56,939 nucleotides of DNA, taken from the NCBI GenBank assembly GCA_964521805.1, contig CAZFSE010000003.1:1-56939 (forward strand). Reading direction: 5' to 3'. The notes beneath the pieces are model-generated. The model was given only the letters and a program-made list of their open reading frames with translations. It was not told where the DNA came from and made no database searches. This document shows, in pieces, positions 8,601 through 18,300 of the stretch. The DNA comes from an uncultured Verrucomicrobiota bacterium. Lineage in GTDB: Bacteria; Verrucomicrobiota; Kiritimatiellia; CAIQIC01; GWF2-57-35. The position numbers and the translations under genes were made by a program. The stretch's first letter is position 1; every line of letters starts with the position of its first letter.

Positions 8601-9178
8601 TGGTACCAGTTGAAGAGCCGGTTGTAGAACTCCTTGGTCAATTTTTCGACCGAGAAGGCCTCTTTGAGCTTGTCGAACGTACTCCAGTCCAGCGCCATAC
8701 GGTCGCGGAAGGTCTTGTTGCCCTCGCCGGCCTGCACGTGAAAGCTCAGGCGCTTGGCGGTGCTCCAAACCAGCTTCGTACCTTCCGCCTTGCCATAAAC
8801 CAGACTCAGCCGGAAATTGCCCGCATCGTCATAAAAAACAAACAGACCCTGCGTCAGCACCCCGTCCACACCAGGGGCGGGATTGGACATCGCATCATCC
8901 AGCACCTCTTTGGCAAATTTGAACTGCTTGATCCGGCTACTGCGTTCCTTCAGCGTCTCGCCATCATGTAGTTTCGCCGAGACCACCAGAAACGGCATAT
9001 TGGCCCCACTCGGCCCGGCCAGCGTCTTTACAACTCCCAGCCGCTCAGTGCTCTTCCAGTCAAAATCCTTTTTGACTTGAATGGCGCTACGCGCGGCGGA
9101 GAAAGAACCCGCAAACTTGGAGTTTAGAAACCCGCAAAAAATCTCTTCATCAAACCCGCCGATCAGTTCATCCAGCAT
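5678..9178 (-). CDS. Large Eco57I/PglX-like (type IIG/IIL-like) N6-adenine DNA methyltransferase with C-terminal target-recognition region
   Basis: 1166-aa ORF. SAM motif I: ILDPACGSGAFPMGVL. Motif IV: VVIGNPPYVQIQ. TRD-like segments: GIKTGFNEAFIL and the ending LVYELYGLTPEEKEIV. After that comes an atypical ~65-aa charged tail. I did not recognise a PD-(D/E)xK nuclease motif. Confidence 0.9.
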   Translation of the reverse strand: MLDELIGGFDEEIFCGFLNSKFAGSFSAARSAIQVKKDFDWKSTERLGVVKTLAGPSGANMPFLVVSAKLHDGETLKERSSRIKQFKFAKEVLDDAMSNPAPGVDGVLTQGLFVFYDDAGNFRLSLVYGKAEGTKLVWSTAKRLSFHVQAGEGNKTFRDRMALDWSTFDKLKEAFSVEKLTKEFYNRLFNWYQWALSDEMNVTYPNDTETDDDDREINEHIIRLITRLMFVWFLKQKHLVPDNLFDPAELNKILENFSPATGDNYYRAILQNLFFATLNSEIPERAFATQTGDRKEHFDIKTLYRYPKEFAIPEAEVLKLFAMIPFLNGGLFECLDRGKNYCDGFSRNSNKTAKVPNRLFFDPDKGLIPLLQQYNFTVEENSPGDEEVALDPELLGKVFENLLGAYNPETKVAARNATGSFYTPREIVNYMVDESLMAHLTGKCGEEHAEPIRKLFTDGERPSDKKLCDGLDKALVTSKILDPACGSGAFPMGVLLRMVELLRILRDIPEAASVYDLKLELIENCIYGGDIQSIAVQISKLRFFISLVCEEGSTDIPACEYSQTGMSVLPCVKNNYGIHTLPNLETKFVAADSLIGLPKSGTELPMQNVEVMKKELWAVRHRHFLARTYQEKKDLRKEDKVLREKLAKALEQGGGFDTASAKLMAAWDPYDQNTSAPFSDPEWMFNVKDGFDVVIGNPPYVQIQKLPEKTKIALANQKYKTFSKSADLYCLFYERGGMLLSSTGNLCYISSNKFFRSGYGKPLRQLLTQTYSLHRLIDFGELPVFEAGTDPVITQFGKTPQPTFTAATIKDIGHIHALRETIEETGRQMEPSELSESGWTLGGKATSGILEKMLRNGKPLGEYVNGEIYYGIKTGFNEAFILNDDERNALIAADPKSAEIIKPLAKGDDVRKWHIRNKGRWIILTKIGTDIKRYPAIFAHLKQWETELKKREDQGNHWWELRACAYYDAFEQPKILFADIAKHMRASFDSDGMVCLNTMYIMPLMEMSLLGIINSRLFDWYARNVFQSLGDPWKGGRLRFIAQYVCATPIPSATPMQRKSIEDLVERILAAKKIDPSADTSALEEEIDELVYELYGLTPEEKEIVKASGAQRAEGGKQRAEDSEEDTEDGGRTTEVSGRESKGSEPPKKAVRKRKAQLPPSLPGWD
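7467..7526. repeat. 60-bp near-perfect palindrome (one mismatch) embedded in frame in the methyltransferase CDS
   Basis: aaggtagcacagacattcctgtctgtgaat|attcacaggcaggaatgtctgtgctacctt. The two 30-nt arms are reverse complements except for one t/c position. The element is exactly 20 codons and encodes EGSTDIPACEYSQTGMSVLP, between the LRFFISLV and LPNLETKF segments. Confidence 0.9.
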
Positions 9179-9478
9179 TTGATCTCCCCGGTTATTGCCG
9201 TCATAGATCGGCTCATATTATCAACATAATCCTCCACTTCAAGAATGTATGATCGTTTGATTCTGCCCCACAGTTTTTTCAAGACGTTCATGACTCTCGG
9301 ATAGCAACGTTCCGGCATGCTATTGCCCACTTATCGCCTTACAACCACACGGCGGCAAAGCCTGCCGCCCTCCAGGCGGTCGCCCCCGGCCGCCGTGTGA
9401 AAGAAACCGGACTGCATCCATGCCGCCCGCCTCGCCCCATGCATCTCCTGAACGAAGCGCACAGCAATCCGCATGAAG

Positions 9479-11473
9479 CTACGGGGAAACGTTGGTGGGA
9501 TGGAACCGGATGGCCGCGCCTCCGCCTCGCGCCATCCGGAGCGGGATTGTGTCCTGGCTCGTGATGGTCCTTGAGTCAATCTCCACACTGGTCGGATTGT
9601 TCTCCCAGTCGGCGTCCTGGCCATCTGCGTACAGGGTCATCTCGTACGTCTGGCCTGGCGTGAGAAAGTGGAGGGGAAAATCAAAGCGGGCGGACGAATC
9701 CGCAGTGATGGCGCCCACAAACCAGTCCTGCCCTTTGCGGCGGGCAATGATGACGTGTTGCCCGATCTCGGCGTTCATCACCCGGGTTTCATCCCACGTG
9801 ACGGGGACCTCCCGGATGAACTGGAAGGCGGGATGCCCTTCATAATTTTCCGGCAGGTCGGCGGCCATCTGCAACGGGCTGTAGAGGACCACGTACAGGG
9901 CCAGCTGTTTGGCCAGCGTGGTGTGGACACGGCGCCCTTCGCGGTACTTCGGAAACGTCAGCGCGAAAATGCCGGGCGTATAGTCCATCGGCCCGGCCAG
10001 CCCCCGTGTGAAGGGGATGATCGTCGTGTGCTCGGGCGGATTGCCGTCGCTCCAGGCCTCGTACTCGGTGCCCCGGACACCTTCCCCGCTCAGCAGGTTC
10101 GGCCAGGTTCGGCAAAGCCCCGTGGGCTTGATCGGCTCGTGCACGTTCAGCATAATCCGGTGTGCGGCGGCGCTCTCGACAACCCGCTGGTAATGGTTCA
10201 CCATCCACTGCCCGTGGTGATGGTGCCCCTTCGGAAGAATTTCACCCGCATAGCCGGTTTTGACGGTGTGAACCCCCAGTTTCGCGTATAGCCCAAAGGC
10301 GTCCTCCATCTGCTCTTCGTAGGCGGGGATGTTGCCGCCTGTCTCGTGGTGGCCCATCAGGGCAACCCCGCGTTCCTGCGCATAGCGCGCAAGCGCGGGC
10401 AGGTCGAAGTCGGGAAGCGCCTTGGTGAAGCTGAAGACGGCGCCCTTAAACCAGCTTTCCCAGCCCGTATTCCAGCCCTCGACAAGCAGGCCCCGGATGC
10501 CGTTGGACGCCGCAAAGTCAATGTGCCGCCGGGTATTCTCCGTGGTCGCTCCATGCTGGGGGCCGGGCGTCCACGTTTCCTTGCCGATGTGCATGCCCCA
10601 CCAGATACCCATGTACTTCATCGGCTCGATCCAGGATGTGTCCGCGATCACGCAGGGCTCGTTTAGATTTTCGATCAGGTGCGATTCGAGCAGTCCACCC
10701 GCGCGGTTGGCGATCTGGATCGTCCGCCACGGTGTCTTCATGGGTGTGCGGGCCTTCACCTTTACGCCATCGGGCCAGGGAACCAGCTCGCATTGGAATG
10801 TATTGGGCGCGTCCGCCACCGGGGCCAGCGTCATGCTGGCATAATCCACCAGCGCGGCTTCGTGCACGCTCAGATGCACCCCCTGCGGCGTCTTCATGGT
10901 GACCGGTGTGTTGAGCGCCTCCATTTCGCTCAGCGGGGTTCTGCGGTACGTTTTCTCGTCTCCGTCAAAGTCCACCGGGTGCCACCAGGCGGTATAGTTG
11001 CCGCCAAACCGGAAGAGTGTTTCCTCCGAGAGAATGGCCACCTCGTTCAGGTTGGACTGCGCAGGCAGGATGTAGCGGAAGGCCACGCCGTCATCATAGG
11101 CCCGGAACACAAGAATCATTTCGCGATGAGGCGCGTCGGATTCGCGGAGCCTGGCCTCCAGCTGACTATAGCGGTTGCGCACCTCGGAGGCCGTGCCCCA
11201 AACCGGCTTCCACACCTCGTCCCGTTGCTCGCGCCGAACATCCGCCAGCTCAAAGCCATTGGTCATCGGCGGCGCATCCTTCAATACGAATCCCAGCGTT
11301 GAAGGGAGGATCAGTTCAAGCCCATCGCGCTCAACCGCGTACTGGGGCGTCCCCTCTTCCAGCAGGAAGGTCAGGGAGTTTTTCCCATCCGGAGAGGCAA
11401 GAACTTCGCTGGCGCTTTGGGCAGGCGAAGCAACGGCCAGGGCGTACAACAGAATCGCAAGGAACAGGCGCAT
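9479..11473 (-). CDS. Glycoside hydrolase family 97 (alpha-glucosidase/alpha-galactosidase-like), secreted
   Basis: GH97-like segments GIRGLLVEGWNTGWE, MGHHETGG and TGYAGE. I prefer the internal ATG at 11473 because MRLFLAILLYALAVASPAQSA is a signal peptide. The upstream extension to 11644 has no protein-like character. Confidence 0.8.
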   Translation of the reverse strand: MRLFLAILLYALAVASPAQSASEVLASPDGKNSLTFLLEEGTPQYAVERDGLELILPSTLGFVLKDAPPMTNGFELADVRREQRDEVWKPVWGTASEVRNRYSQLEARLRESDAPHREMILVFRAYDDGVAFRYILPAQSNLNEVAILSEETLFRFGGNYTAWWHPVDFDGDEKTYRRTPLSEMEALNTPVTMKTPQGVHLSVHEAALVDYASMTLAPVADAPNTFQCELVPWPDGVKVKARTPMKTPWRTIQIANRAGGLLESHLIENLNEPCVIADTSWIEPMKYMGIWWGMHIGKETWTPGPQHGATTENTRRHIDFAASNGIRGLLVEGWNTGWESWFKGAVFSFTKALPDFDLPALARYAQERGVALMGHHETGGNIPAYEEQMEDAFGLYAKLGVHTVKTGYAGEILPKGHHHHGQWMVNHYQRVVESAAAHRIMLNVHEPIKPTGLCRTWPNLLSGEGVRGTEYEAWSDGNPPEHTTIIPFTRGLAGPMDYTPGIFALTFPKYREGRRVHTTLAKQLALYVVLYSPLQMAADLPENYEGHPAFQFIREVPVTWDETRVMNAEIGQHVIIARRKGQDWFVGAITADSSARFDFPLHFLTPGQTYEMTLYADGQDADWENNPTSVEIDSRTITSQDTIPLRMARGGGAAIRFHPTNVSP

Positions 11474-11598
11474 AAGACCTCCATACAGTGACGGGTCCAC
11501 TATGAGGCGATCCAGGACGGACCGAAAGTCAAAAAAACAGCGGCTTTTCTGAGTTCGGTGGAGATTCGGGAAACCCATTCTTATGGCCTCATTTGCAT

Positions 11599-11617
11599 TA
11601 TACCCCAAAGGGGTATA
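11599..11617. promoter_or_regulatory. Perfect inverted repeat TATACCCC-AAA-GGGGTATA, CsoR-type operator candidate
   Basis: The site has 8-bp arms and a 3-bp spacer. It sits 12 nt upstream of the csoR-like ATG (11629), in the divergent region with GH97. GC-rich C4/G4 pseudo-palindromes are the known operator type for the CsoR/RcnR family. Confidence 0.6.
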
Positions 11618-11628
11618 TAGTCCGTACA

Positions 11629-11913
11629 ATGAAGACACGTTCAAAGCATCCTTCGCATGAGGACATGTTGAACCGGATTTCCCGCATTGCCGGGCAAGTT
11701 CAGGGGATTCAGCGGATGGTTCAAGACAGGAAGTACTGCATGGACATCATTACTCAGATTCAAGCCACCCGTTCTGCCCTGAGATCGGTGGAGCTTCTCA
11801 TCCTCAAGAAGCACATGAGCCACTGTGTCCATGATGCGTTTGCCTCCGGGTCGGAGGCGGACACGTCCGAGAAGATCGAGGAGCTGTTGCGAGTGATGAA
11901 AAAGCACTATTGA
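11629..11913 (+). CDS. csoR: CsoR-family metal-sensing transcriptional repressor (Cu-type C-H-C ligand pattern)
   Basis: ISRIAGQVQGIQRMVQDRKYCMDIITQIQATRSAL...KKHMSHCV shows the DUF156 fold signature, with Cys (YCMD) and H-x3-C (HMSHC). I prefer the ATG at 11629 over the TTG at 11593, which would run through the operator. Confidence 0.75.
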   Translation: MKTRSKHPSHEDMLNRISRIAGQVQGIQRMVQDRKYCMDIITQIQATRSALRSVELLILKKHMSHCVHDAFASGSEADTSEKIEELLRVMKKHY

Positions 11914-11945
11914 CGAAAAGAAAACCCAAACCATAGGAGAATACA

Positions 11946-12215
11946 ATGAAAATAGCCCTGGTGTTGATTGCGGTACTGTTATTCGCGGCCACATTCGCCT
12001 TTGCGGAAGGCAAGCCACAGACGACCTGCCCCGTGATGGGCGGATCCGTTGACAAGAAGTCGGCCTATGCGGACGTGGAAGGGTATCGCATTTACGTCTG
12101 CTGTGGCGGATGTGTAAGCGCACTCAAGGCAGATCCCGCCACGTATATCAAGAAGCTGAAGGACGACGGCATTGAACTTGAAAAAGCCCCCGCATCCGCT
12201 GAGAAGGCTGAATAG
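11946..12215 (+). CDS. Small secreted YHS-domain metal-binding protein
   Basis: Signal peptide MKIALVLIAVLLFAATFAFA. YHS-like segment TCPVMGGSVDKKSAYADVEGYRIYVCCGGCVSALKADPATYIKKL. Confidence 0.7.
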   Translation: MKIALVLIAVLLFAATFAFAEGKPQTTCPVMGGSVDKKSAYADVEGYRIYVCCGGCVSALKADPATYIKKLKDDGIELEKAPASAEKAE

Positions 12216-12259
12216 GCTGGGACGGGAAGCCCCGGGGCATAGCTGAAGGGAGGCTATCC

Positions 12260-13612
12260 ATGACAGTTCAGCACCGATGGGGCCTGGTGGGTGTCTTGGG
12301 AACAGCGCTCGTTCTGGTGGGTTGTGCAACGCCGGACGGTGCTCCGTTGCGTCAACGCAATGAGACTGTCCGGCAGGAGCTATATGCCGGGGTGGACCTG
12401 TCCCCCACCTCCGTGCCGGACTTGGTGTCGTTGGACGACTACGTTCAGTTCGCGTTCAAGCACAATGCTCGTCTGCGAGCCGCCTTCGACCGCTGGCAGG
12501 CGGCCTTGGAGCGCATTCCGCAATCGCGCTCACTGGACGATCCATCGCTCTCGTTTGAGTACTTTATTGAGCAAGTGAGCAAGCGCTACCAGGTGAGCCT
12601 GACACAGGTATTTCCTGCATGGGGAACACTCCGAGGGCGGGAGGACCGGTCTGTAGCAGAGGCCACAGCGGCCATGCATGCCTTCGAGGCCGAGCGGTTC
12701 GACCTCTTTGGGCGCGTCGCCAAGGCTGTGTATGAATATGAATACCTGGCTCGCGAAACGGGTGTCACCGAGGAGAATCTCCAACTGCTGGCCAGCCTGG
12801 AGCAGGTGATTGACACACGCTTTCAGTCTGGTTCCGCGCCGTTTGGCGACCTGCTCAAGGTGCAGATTGAAAAAGACCGGCTGGCTGAACGGCGGGCCTC
12901 TCTGTTGGATCAACGCCGGGTGCAATCATCCGAGCTGAGCGCGCTGTTGGACTTGCCCCATGAGGCCCCGCTTCCGTGGCCGAAGCTGGCTGTTTCAGGC
13001 TCAGGCTTAGTGGATGAGAAGATTCTGATGGGCCTGCTGGGGGAATTAAATCCTGAATTGAAGGGCGCGGAGGCCATGGTCGAAGCCGCCCGCCACGAGC
13101 AGGATTTGGCCCGCCGTAGTGGCTGGCCGGGATTCATGCTCGGCGCCGGCTGGGAGGTAATGCCGGGCATGAACAACGACGGCAATGAATCGGATTTCAG
13201 CTTGATGGCGGGCATTACCCTGCCCCTCTGGCGCGGACGGATTCGCGCCGGCTACCGGGAATCCGGTGCCTTGCTGAAGGCCGCCGTGCATGAGCGCGAT
13301 GGATTGCGAAGCCAGCTCCGCGCGGAATTGAGCACGGCCATTTTCGAGTGGAGGGATGCGGAGCGTCGCATCGCGCTCTTCCAGACCTCATTGATTCCCA
13401 AAGCGGAACAGGTGCTGGCGGTGGAACAGCGGTCGTATGCCGATGGCCAGACGGAGTTCGCCACCTTGATTGAAGCCCAGCGCACCCTGCTGGAATTCCG
13501 GTTAATGGCTGAACGGGCCATGGCGGATCGCGAAATCGCCTTGGCGGACATCGGCTGTTGCATCGGCATATTCGACGTCCAAGCGCCCGGCAAAGAGCAT
13601 GGAGGGTTATGA
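12260..13612 (+). CDS. cusC: TolC/NodT-family outer-membrane efflux lipoprotein (CusC-like)
   Basis: 450 aa with lipobox LVLVGC. It has the two-repeat OEP-like architecture. Its stop overlaps the next start (ATGA at 13609). Confidence 0.7.
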   Translation: MTVQHRWGLVGVLGTALVLVGCATPDGAPLRQRNETVRQELYAGVDLSPTSVPDLVSLDDYVQFAFKHNARLRAAFDRWQAALERIPQSRSLDDPSLSFEYFIEQVSKRYQVSLTQVFPAWGTLRGREDRSVAEATAAMHAFEAERFDLFGRVAKAVYEYEYLARETGVTEENLQLLASLEQVIDTRFQSGSAPFGDLLKVQIEKDRLAERRASLLDQRRVQSSELSALLDLPHEAPLPWPKLAVSGSGLVDEKILMGLLGELNPELKGAEAMVEAARHEQDLARRSGWPGFMLGAGWEVMPGMNNDGNESDFSLMAGITLPLWRGRIRAGYRESGALLKAAVHERDGLRSQLRAELSTAIFEWRDAERRIALFQTSLIPKAEQVLAVEQRSYADGQTEFATLIEAQRTLLEFRLMAERAMADREIALADIGCCIGIFDVQAPGKEHGGL

Positions 13613-15396
13613 ACATAAACGGGAAACATCATTCATCCTGGGGCAAGTTTCTGAAGCTTGCCGTCGCGCTATTGATCTTTGTGGCGGGGTATGCACTGCG
13701 AGGCTTCCGGACCGCTGAACCTCACGCCCCAGATGGGCATGGCACGGGGGAACCCTCTGTGCAAACGGCGGACCTCTGGACCTGCTCGATGCACCCACAG
13801 ATTCGCCAGCCCAAGCCTGGGCAATGCCCCATCTGCTTCATGGACCTGATCCCCGTTGAGAGCCATGGAGCGGGAATCGGACCTCGCGAAATCGAGCTTT
13901 CGTCAACGGCCCGAAAACTGGCGGGGGTGGTAACCGCGCCGGCTGAGCACCGCTCTGTTACGGTGGAAGTCCGTCTGACCGGCAAGGTGCAGTTGGATGA
14001 AACCCGGGTGGCCAGCATCAGCACCCGCGTCCCAGGGCGCATTGACCGGCTCTTTGTGAATTATACAGGTGCCTCCGTGAACGCGGGTGATCCGCTGGCT
14101 GACCTCTACAGTCCAGAATTGGTCTCCGCACAGCAGGAGCTTCTGCAGGCCGCCAAACAACCGGGAGGAGCGTCGTCTCCTCTCCTGACCGCCACGCGCG
14201 AGCGCCTGCGGCTGTGGGGGCTGTCAGCGGAACAAATCGCAGGGATCGAGCGAGATGGAAAGGTTCAGGAGCACGTCACCTTCACCGCGCCCATTGGCGG
14301 CATTGTGGTAGAGAAGGAGGCCCTCGAAGGCAACTACGTGGAAACCGGCATGCGCCTGTTCACGGTGGCGGACCTTTCACACGTCTGGGTCCAGCTGGAT
14401 GCGTACGAGTCCGATCTTGCCTGGCTGAACATGGGCCAAGAGGTGAAGCTGGACGTTGAGGCCTTTCCCGGCGAACCGTTCAAAGGGACTGTGGCCTTCA
14501 TAGCCCCTCTGGTGGACCCCGCCACGCGCACCGTTCGGGTGCGCGTTGAAGCGGCCAACAGCGATGGGCGCCTAAAGCCGGAGATGTTTGTCCGGGCGGT
14601 GGTGCAGGCCAAAGTGGGTGCAGAGGGTTCCGCCCTGCCGCTGGTCATTCCAGCAACCGCGCCGCTGATTACAGGGCCACGCGCCATCGTGTACGTGGCT
14701 GACCCCATCCGCGAAGGCGTGTTTGAAGGCCGCGAGGTGATTCTGGGGCCACGCGCAGGGGCCTTCTATGTCGTGCGCGAAGGCCTCCAAGAGGGCGAAC
14801 AAGTCGTCGTTCAAGGGGCGTTCAAAATTGACAGCTCAGTGCAAATACAGGGCAAGCCCAGCATGATGGCGCCCGAAAAGATCATCCCGCCGACCAAACC
14901 CGCCCCGCTGGAAATCCCACCGCCGGAGGCGTTCCGAAAACAACTCGGTGACGTGCTGACTCAGGTTCTGGAGATGGCCGACGCACTGGCCCGCGACAAC
15001 CTGGAGGACGCGCTCTTGAGCGCGACCCAAGCCCAACAAGCGCTGGAATCCGTGGACAGGACGATTCTGGATGAAAAGGCCCATCCTCACTGGATGCAGG
15101 CACTGCCGCCCTTGAAAAAGACCCTGGTCCAGATGAAGAGCGCAAAGGATATGGAAACCTTCCGGACAGCCTTTGCCGTGTTGTCACCGGAGATGGCCCG
15201 CGTCATTAAGACGTTTGGACCCATTGGGGCCGTGCCGATCCATGAGATACGCTGTCCCATGGCGTTCAATAACCAAGGCGCCACCTGGTTGCAGATGGAC
15301 ACAAAAGTCCGCAATCCCTATTTTGGCAAGGCCATGCTGGCGTGCGGTGAAGTGGTGGCCACGATACCGCCCGAGGGAGGCCCTCCTCATGAATGA
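13609..15396 (+). CDS. cusB: RND efflux periplasmic adaptor (CusB-like) with N-terminal heavy-metal-binding domain
   Basis: Start MNINGKHHSSWGKFLKLAVALL (TM segment). HMBD-like motif CSMHPQIRQPKPGQCPICFMDL. HlyD-type barrel-sandwich segments. C-terminal segment with CPMAFNNQGATWLQ. Confidence 0.8.
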   Translation: MNINGKHHSSWGKFLKLAVALLIFVAGYALRGFRTAEPHAPDGHGTGEPSVQTADLWTCSMHPQIRQPKPGQCPICFMDLIPVESHGAGIGPREIELSSTARKLAGVVTAPAEHRSVTVEVRLTGKVQLDETRVASISTRVPGRIDRLFVNYTGASVNAGDPLADLYSPELVSAQQELLQAAKQPGGASSPLLTATRERLRLWGLSAEQIAGIERDGKVQEHVTFTAPIGGIVVEKEALEGNYVETGMRLFTVADLSHVWVQLDAYESDLAWLNMGQEVKLDVEAFPGEPFKGTVAFIAPLVDPATRTVRVRVEAANSDGRLKPEMFVRAVVQAKVGAEGSALPLVIPATAPLITGPRAIVYVADPIREGVFEGREVILGPRAGAFYVVREGLQEGEQVVVQGAFKIDSSVQIQGKPSMMAPEKIIPPTKPAPLEIPPPEAFRKQLGDVLTQVLEMADALARDNLEDALLSATQAQQALESVDRTILDEKAHPHWMQALPPLKKTLVQMKSAKDMETFRTAFAVLSPEMARVIKTFGPIGAVPIHEIRCPMAFNNQGATWLQMDTKVRNPYFGKAMLACGEVVATIPPEGGPPHE

Positions 15397-18300
15397 TCCT
15401 TCCCCCACTCCATCGCTTCTGAACCGAATCATCCGCTTCTGCCTGGAGCAGAAGCTGATTGTCGCGCTCATGGTGCTCTTCGTGATTGCCTGGGGCGTCC
15501 TGGTGGCCCCGTTTGACTGGACACTTGGCGGCTTGCCGCGCAGTCCGGTGGCGGTGGATGCCCTTCCCGATATTGGCGAAAATCAGCAAATCGTATTCAG
15601 CGAATGGATGGGCCGCTCGCCCAGGGATGTGGATGACCAAGTGACCTACCCGCTGACGGTGTCGCTACTGGGCATGCCGGGCGTCAAAACGATCCGCGGC
15701 TCCTCCATGTTCGGCTTCTCCATGGTCTATGTCATCTTCGAAGAAGACGTCCCCTTTGAGGCCGCGCAGAACCGTGTCATTGCCCGGCTTAACGGATTGC
15801 CCGCCGGTGCCCTTCCAGAGGGCGTCAAGCCCGCGCTCGGACCGTATGCCACCGCGTTGGGGCAGATTTTCTGGTACACGCTGGAAGGCCGCGATCCCGA
15901 TGGAAAGCCCGCCGGCGGATGGGACCTGAACGAATTACGCGCCCTGCAGGACTGGACGGTGCGCTATCATCTGCAATCGGCGGGCGGCATCACGGAGGTG
16001 GCTTCGGTCGGCGGATTCGTGCAGGAATACCAAATTGACGTGGATCCCGATGCCCTGCTGGCGCACGACGTGAGCCTGGAAGAGGTGTTCAGCGCCGTGC
16101 GCCGGTCGAATCTTGACACAGGCGCCCGTCAAATTGAACTGAACCAGGTGGAATATCTGATTCGCGCGCGCGGTTTCATCCGAAGCTTTGAGGACATCGA
16201 AAATACGGTCGTCAAGGTGACCCAAAACGTGCCGATCTACGTAAAAACGATCGCCCGCGTGGTGCTGGGGCCGGCGGCCCGTGACGGCGCTCTGGACAAG
16301 GAAGGCGCGGAGGCGGTGGGCGGAGTTGTCGTGGTGCGCCATCAATACAACCCGCTGAAAGCGATCCAGAACGTCAAGGCCAAGATTGCGGAAATTGCTC
16401 CTTCGCTTCCCATGAAAGCCATCGTGGACCATAACCAGACCGGGCGAATCGAGCTGGAAACGTTTGCCCAGGCACACGGCTTTGAGGCCTATGAAGGAGC
16501 AGAGATTAAGCAGGAGGCCTGGATTCCATGGCTGGCCTCCACCCCGCGCGGGCAATGGCCCAAGGGCATCACCACCAGCCAGGTGACCGTGGTTCCGTTC
16601 TATGACCGGACCACGTTGATCTATGAAACCCTGGGCACGCTCAACAGCGCACTTTACGAACAGATTCTCATCACCACCATTGTCGTGATCCTGATGGCTT
16701 CGCAATTGGGACTGTCGCTCCTGATCAGCGCCGTCATGCCGCTGGCCGTGCTACTGGCGTTCATCGCCATGAAACTCTTTGGCGTGGAAGCCAACATTGT
16801 CTCGCTGGCCGGCATCGCCATTGCGATCGGCACGATCGTGGACATGGGCATTATCCTCTGTCAAAATATTATTCAGCATCTGGAGGAAGCTCCGCCGGGC
16901 GAAAGCCGGCTCGAGGTCATCTACCGGGCCACCACGGAAGTTGGCAGTGCGGTGCTCACGGCTATTGCCACGACGGTGATCGGATTTCTGCCGGTGTTTT
17001 TCATGACGGGACCGGAAGGCAAATTGTTCAAGCCGCTGGCCTTTACAAAGACCTTCTGCCTGATCGGATCGGTCATCATCGCGCTTACCATACTCCCCTC
17101 CGCCGCTCATGTGCTGTTTTCCGGAAAGGAATGGTCAGGGGCCAAGAAGCGGCTGTGGCCAGCCGCGATGGTGTTGGCGGGTCTGGCTGTAGGGTTCTGG
17201 TTGCATTGGTGGGTGGCGGCTGGACTGCTGGTTGCGGTGGGCGCTTACCTCTGGGTGTCAGACGATTTGCCCTACCGCATCAAACGCTTCACCCCTTGGA
17301 TGGCAAACGCGCTGGTCGTTGTCGCCGTCGGCATATTGCTCACCAACAACTGGATGCCGCTGGGGCTCCAGGCGGGTTTTGCCCGCAACTTCATTCTGGT
17401 GGCCGTCTTGATTGGAGGTTTGCTGGGGAGCTTCCATCTGTTGGAACATTTCTACGAGCCGCTCCTTCGGTGGTTTCTGGCACACAAGCTGGTCTTTCTG
17501 GCCATGCCTGCGCTGATCGTTCTGGTGGGCTATACCGGGTGGCTGGGCGTTCACCGCACCTTCGGATTCCTGCCTGATTTTGTGCTGAACAGCCGTCCGG
17601 GCCAGGCGCTGGTCCACCGGTTTCCAGGTCTGGGCAAGGAATTCATGCCGCCCCTGGACGAGGGCTCCTTCCTCTACATGCCCACCACCATGCCGCATGC
17701 CTCGATCGGCGAGGCGCTGAACATCATCCAGAAGCAGGACCTGGCGATCCGCGCCATCCCTGAAATTGATTCGGTGGTTGGAAAAATCGGGCGCGCCGAG
17801 ACGGCACTCGATCCGGCTCCGGTCAACATGATCGAGACCGTTATCACCTACAAAACAGAGTACATCACCGGCAAGGATGGCCGCCCGATCTCTTACCGCT
17901 ATGATCGGCGTAAAAAAGAATTCATTCGCAACAGCGATGGTGAGTTGATTCCTGATCCGAACGGAAGGCCCTTCCGCCAATGGCGTGATTCCATCCGGAA
18001 CCCGGAGGACATCTGGCAGGAAATTGTATCCGCCGCGCAGGTGCCAGGCTCCACCACGGCACCCAAACTCCAGCCCATTGCCGCGCGCATCGTCATGCTT
18101 CAAAGTGGCATGCGCGCGCCCATGGGCGTGAAAGTGAAAGGCCCCGACCTGGACAGTGTCGAACGCGCCGGGTTGGCCATTGAGCGTTTTCTCAAAGAAG
18201 TGCCCCCCGTCGAACCCTCCGCCGTCATTGCGGACCGGATCATTGGCAAGCCCTATCTTGAGATTGACATCAACCGCGAAGCCATTGCGCGATATGGATT

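Noticed and set aside
9331-9624. ORF 9331..9624(-), 97 aa, spans the GH97 3' end and the island boundary.
   Set aside because: It overlaps the GH97 CDS out of frame, has an Arg/Pro/Gly-rich composition, and has no motif.
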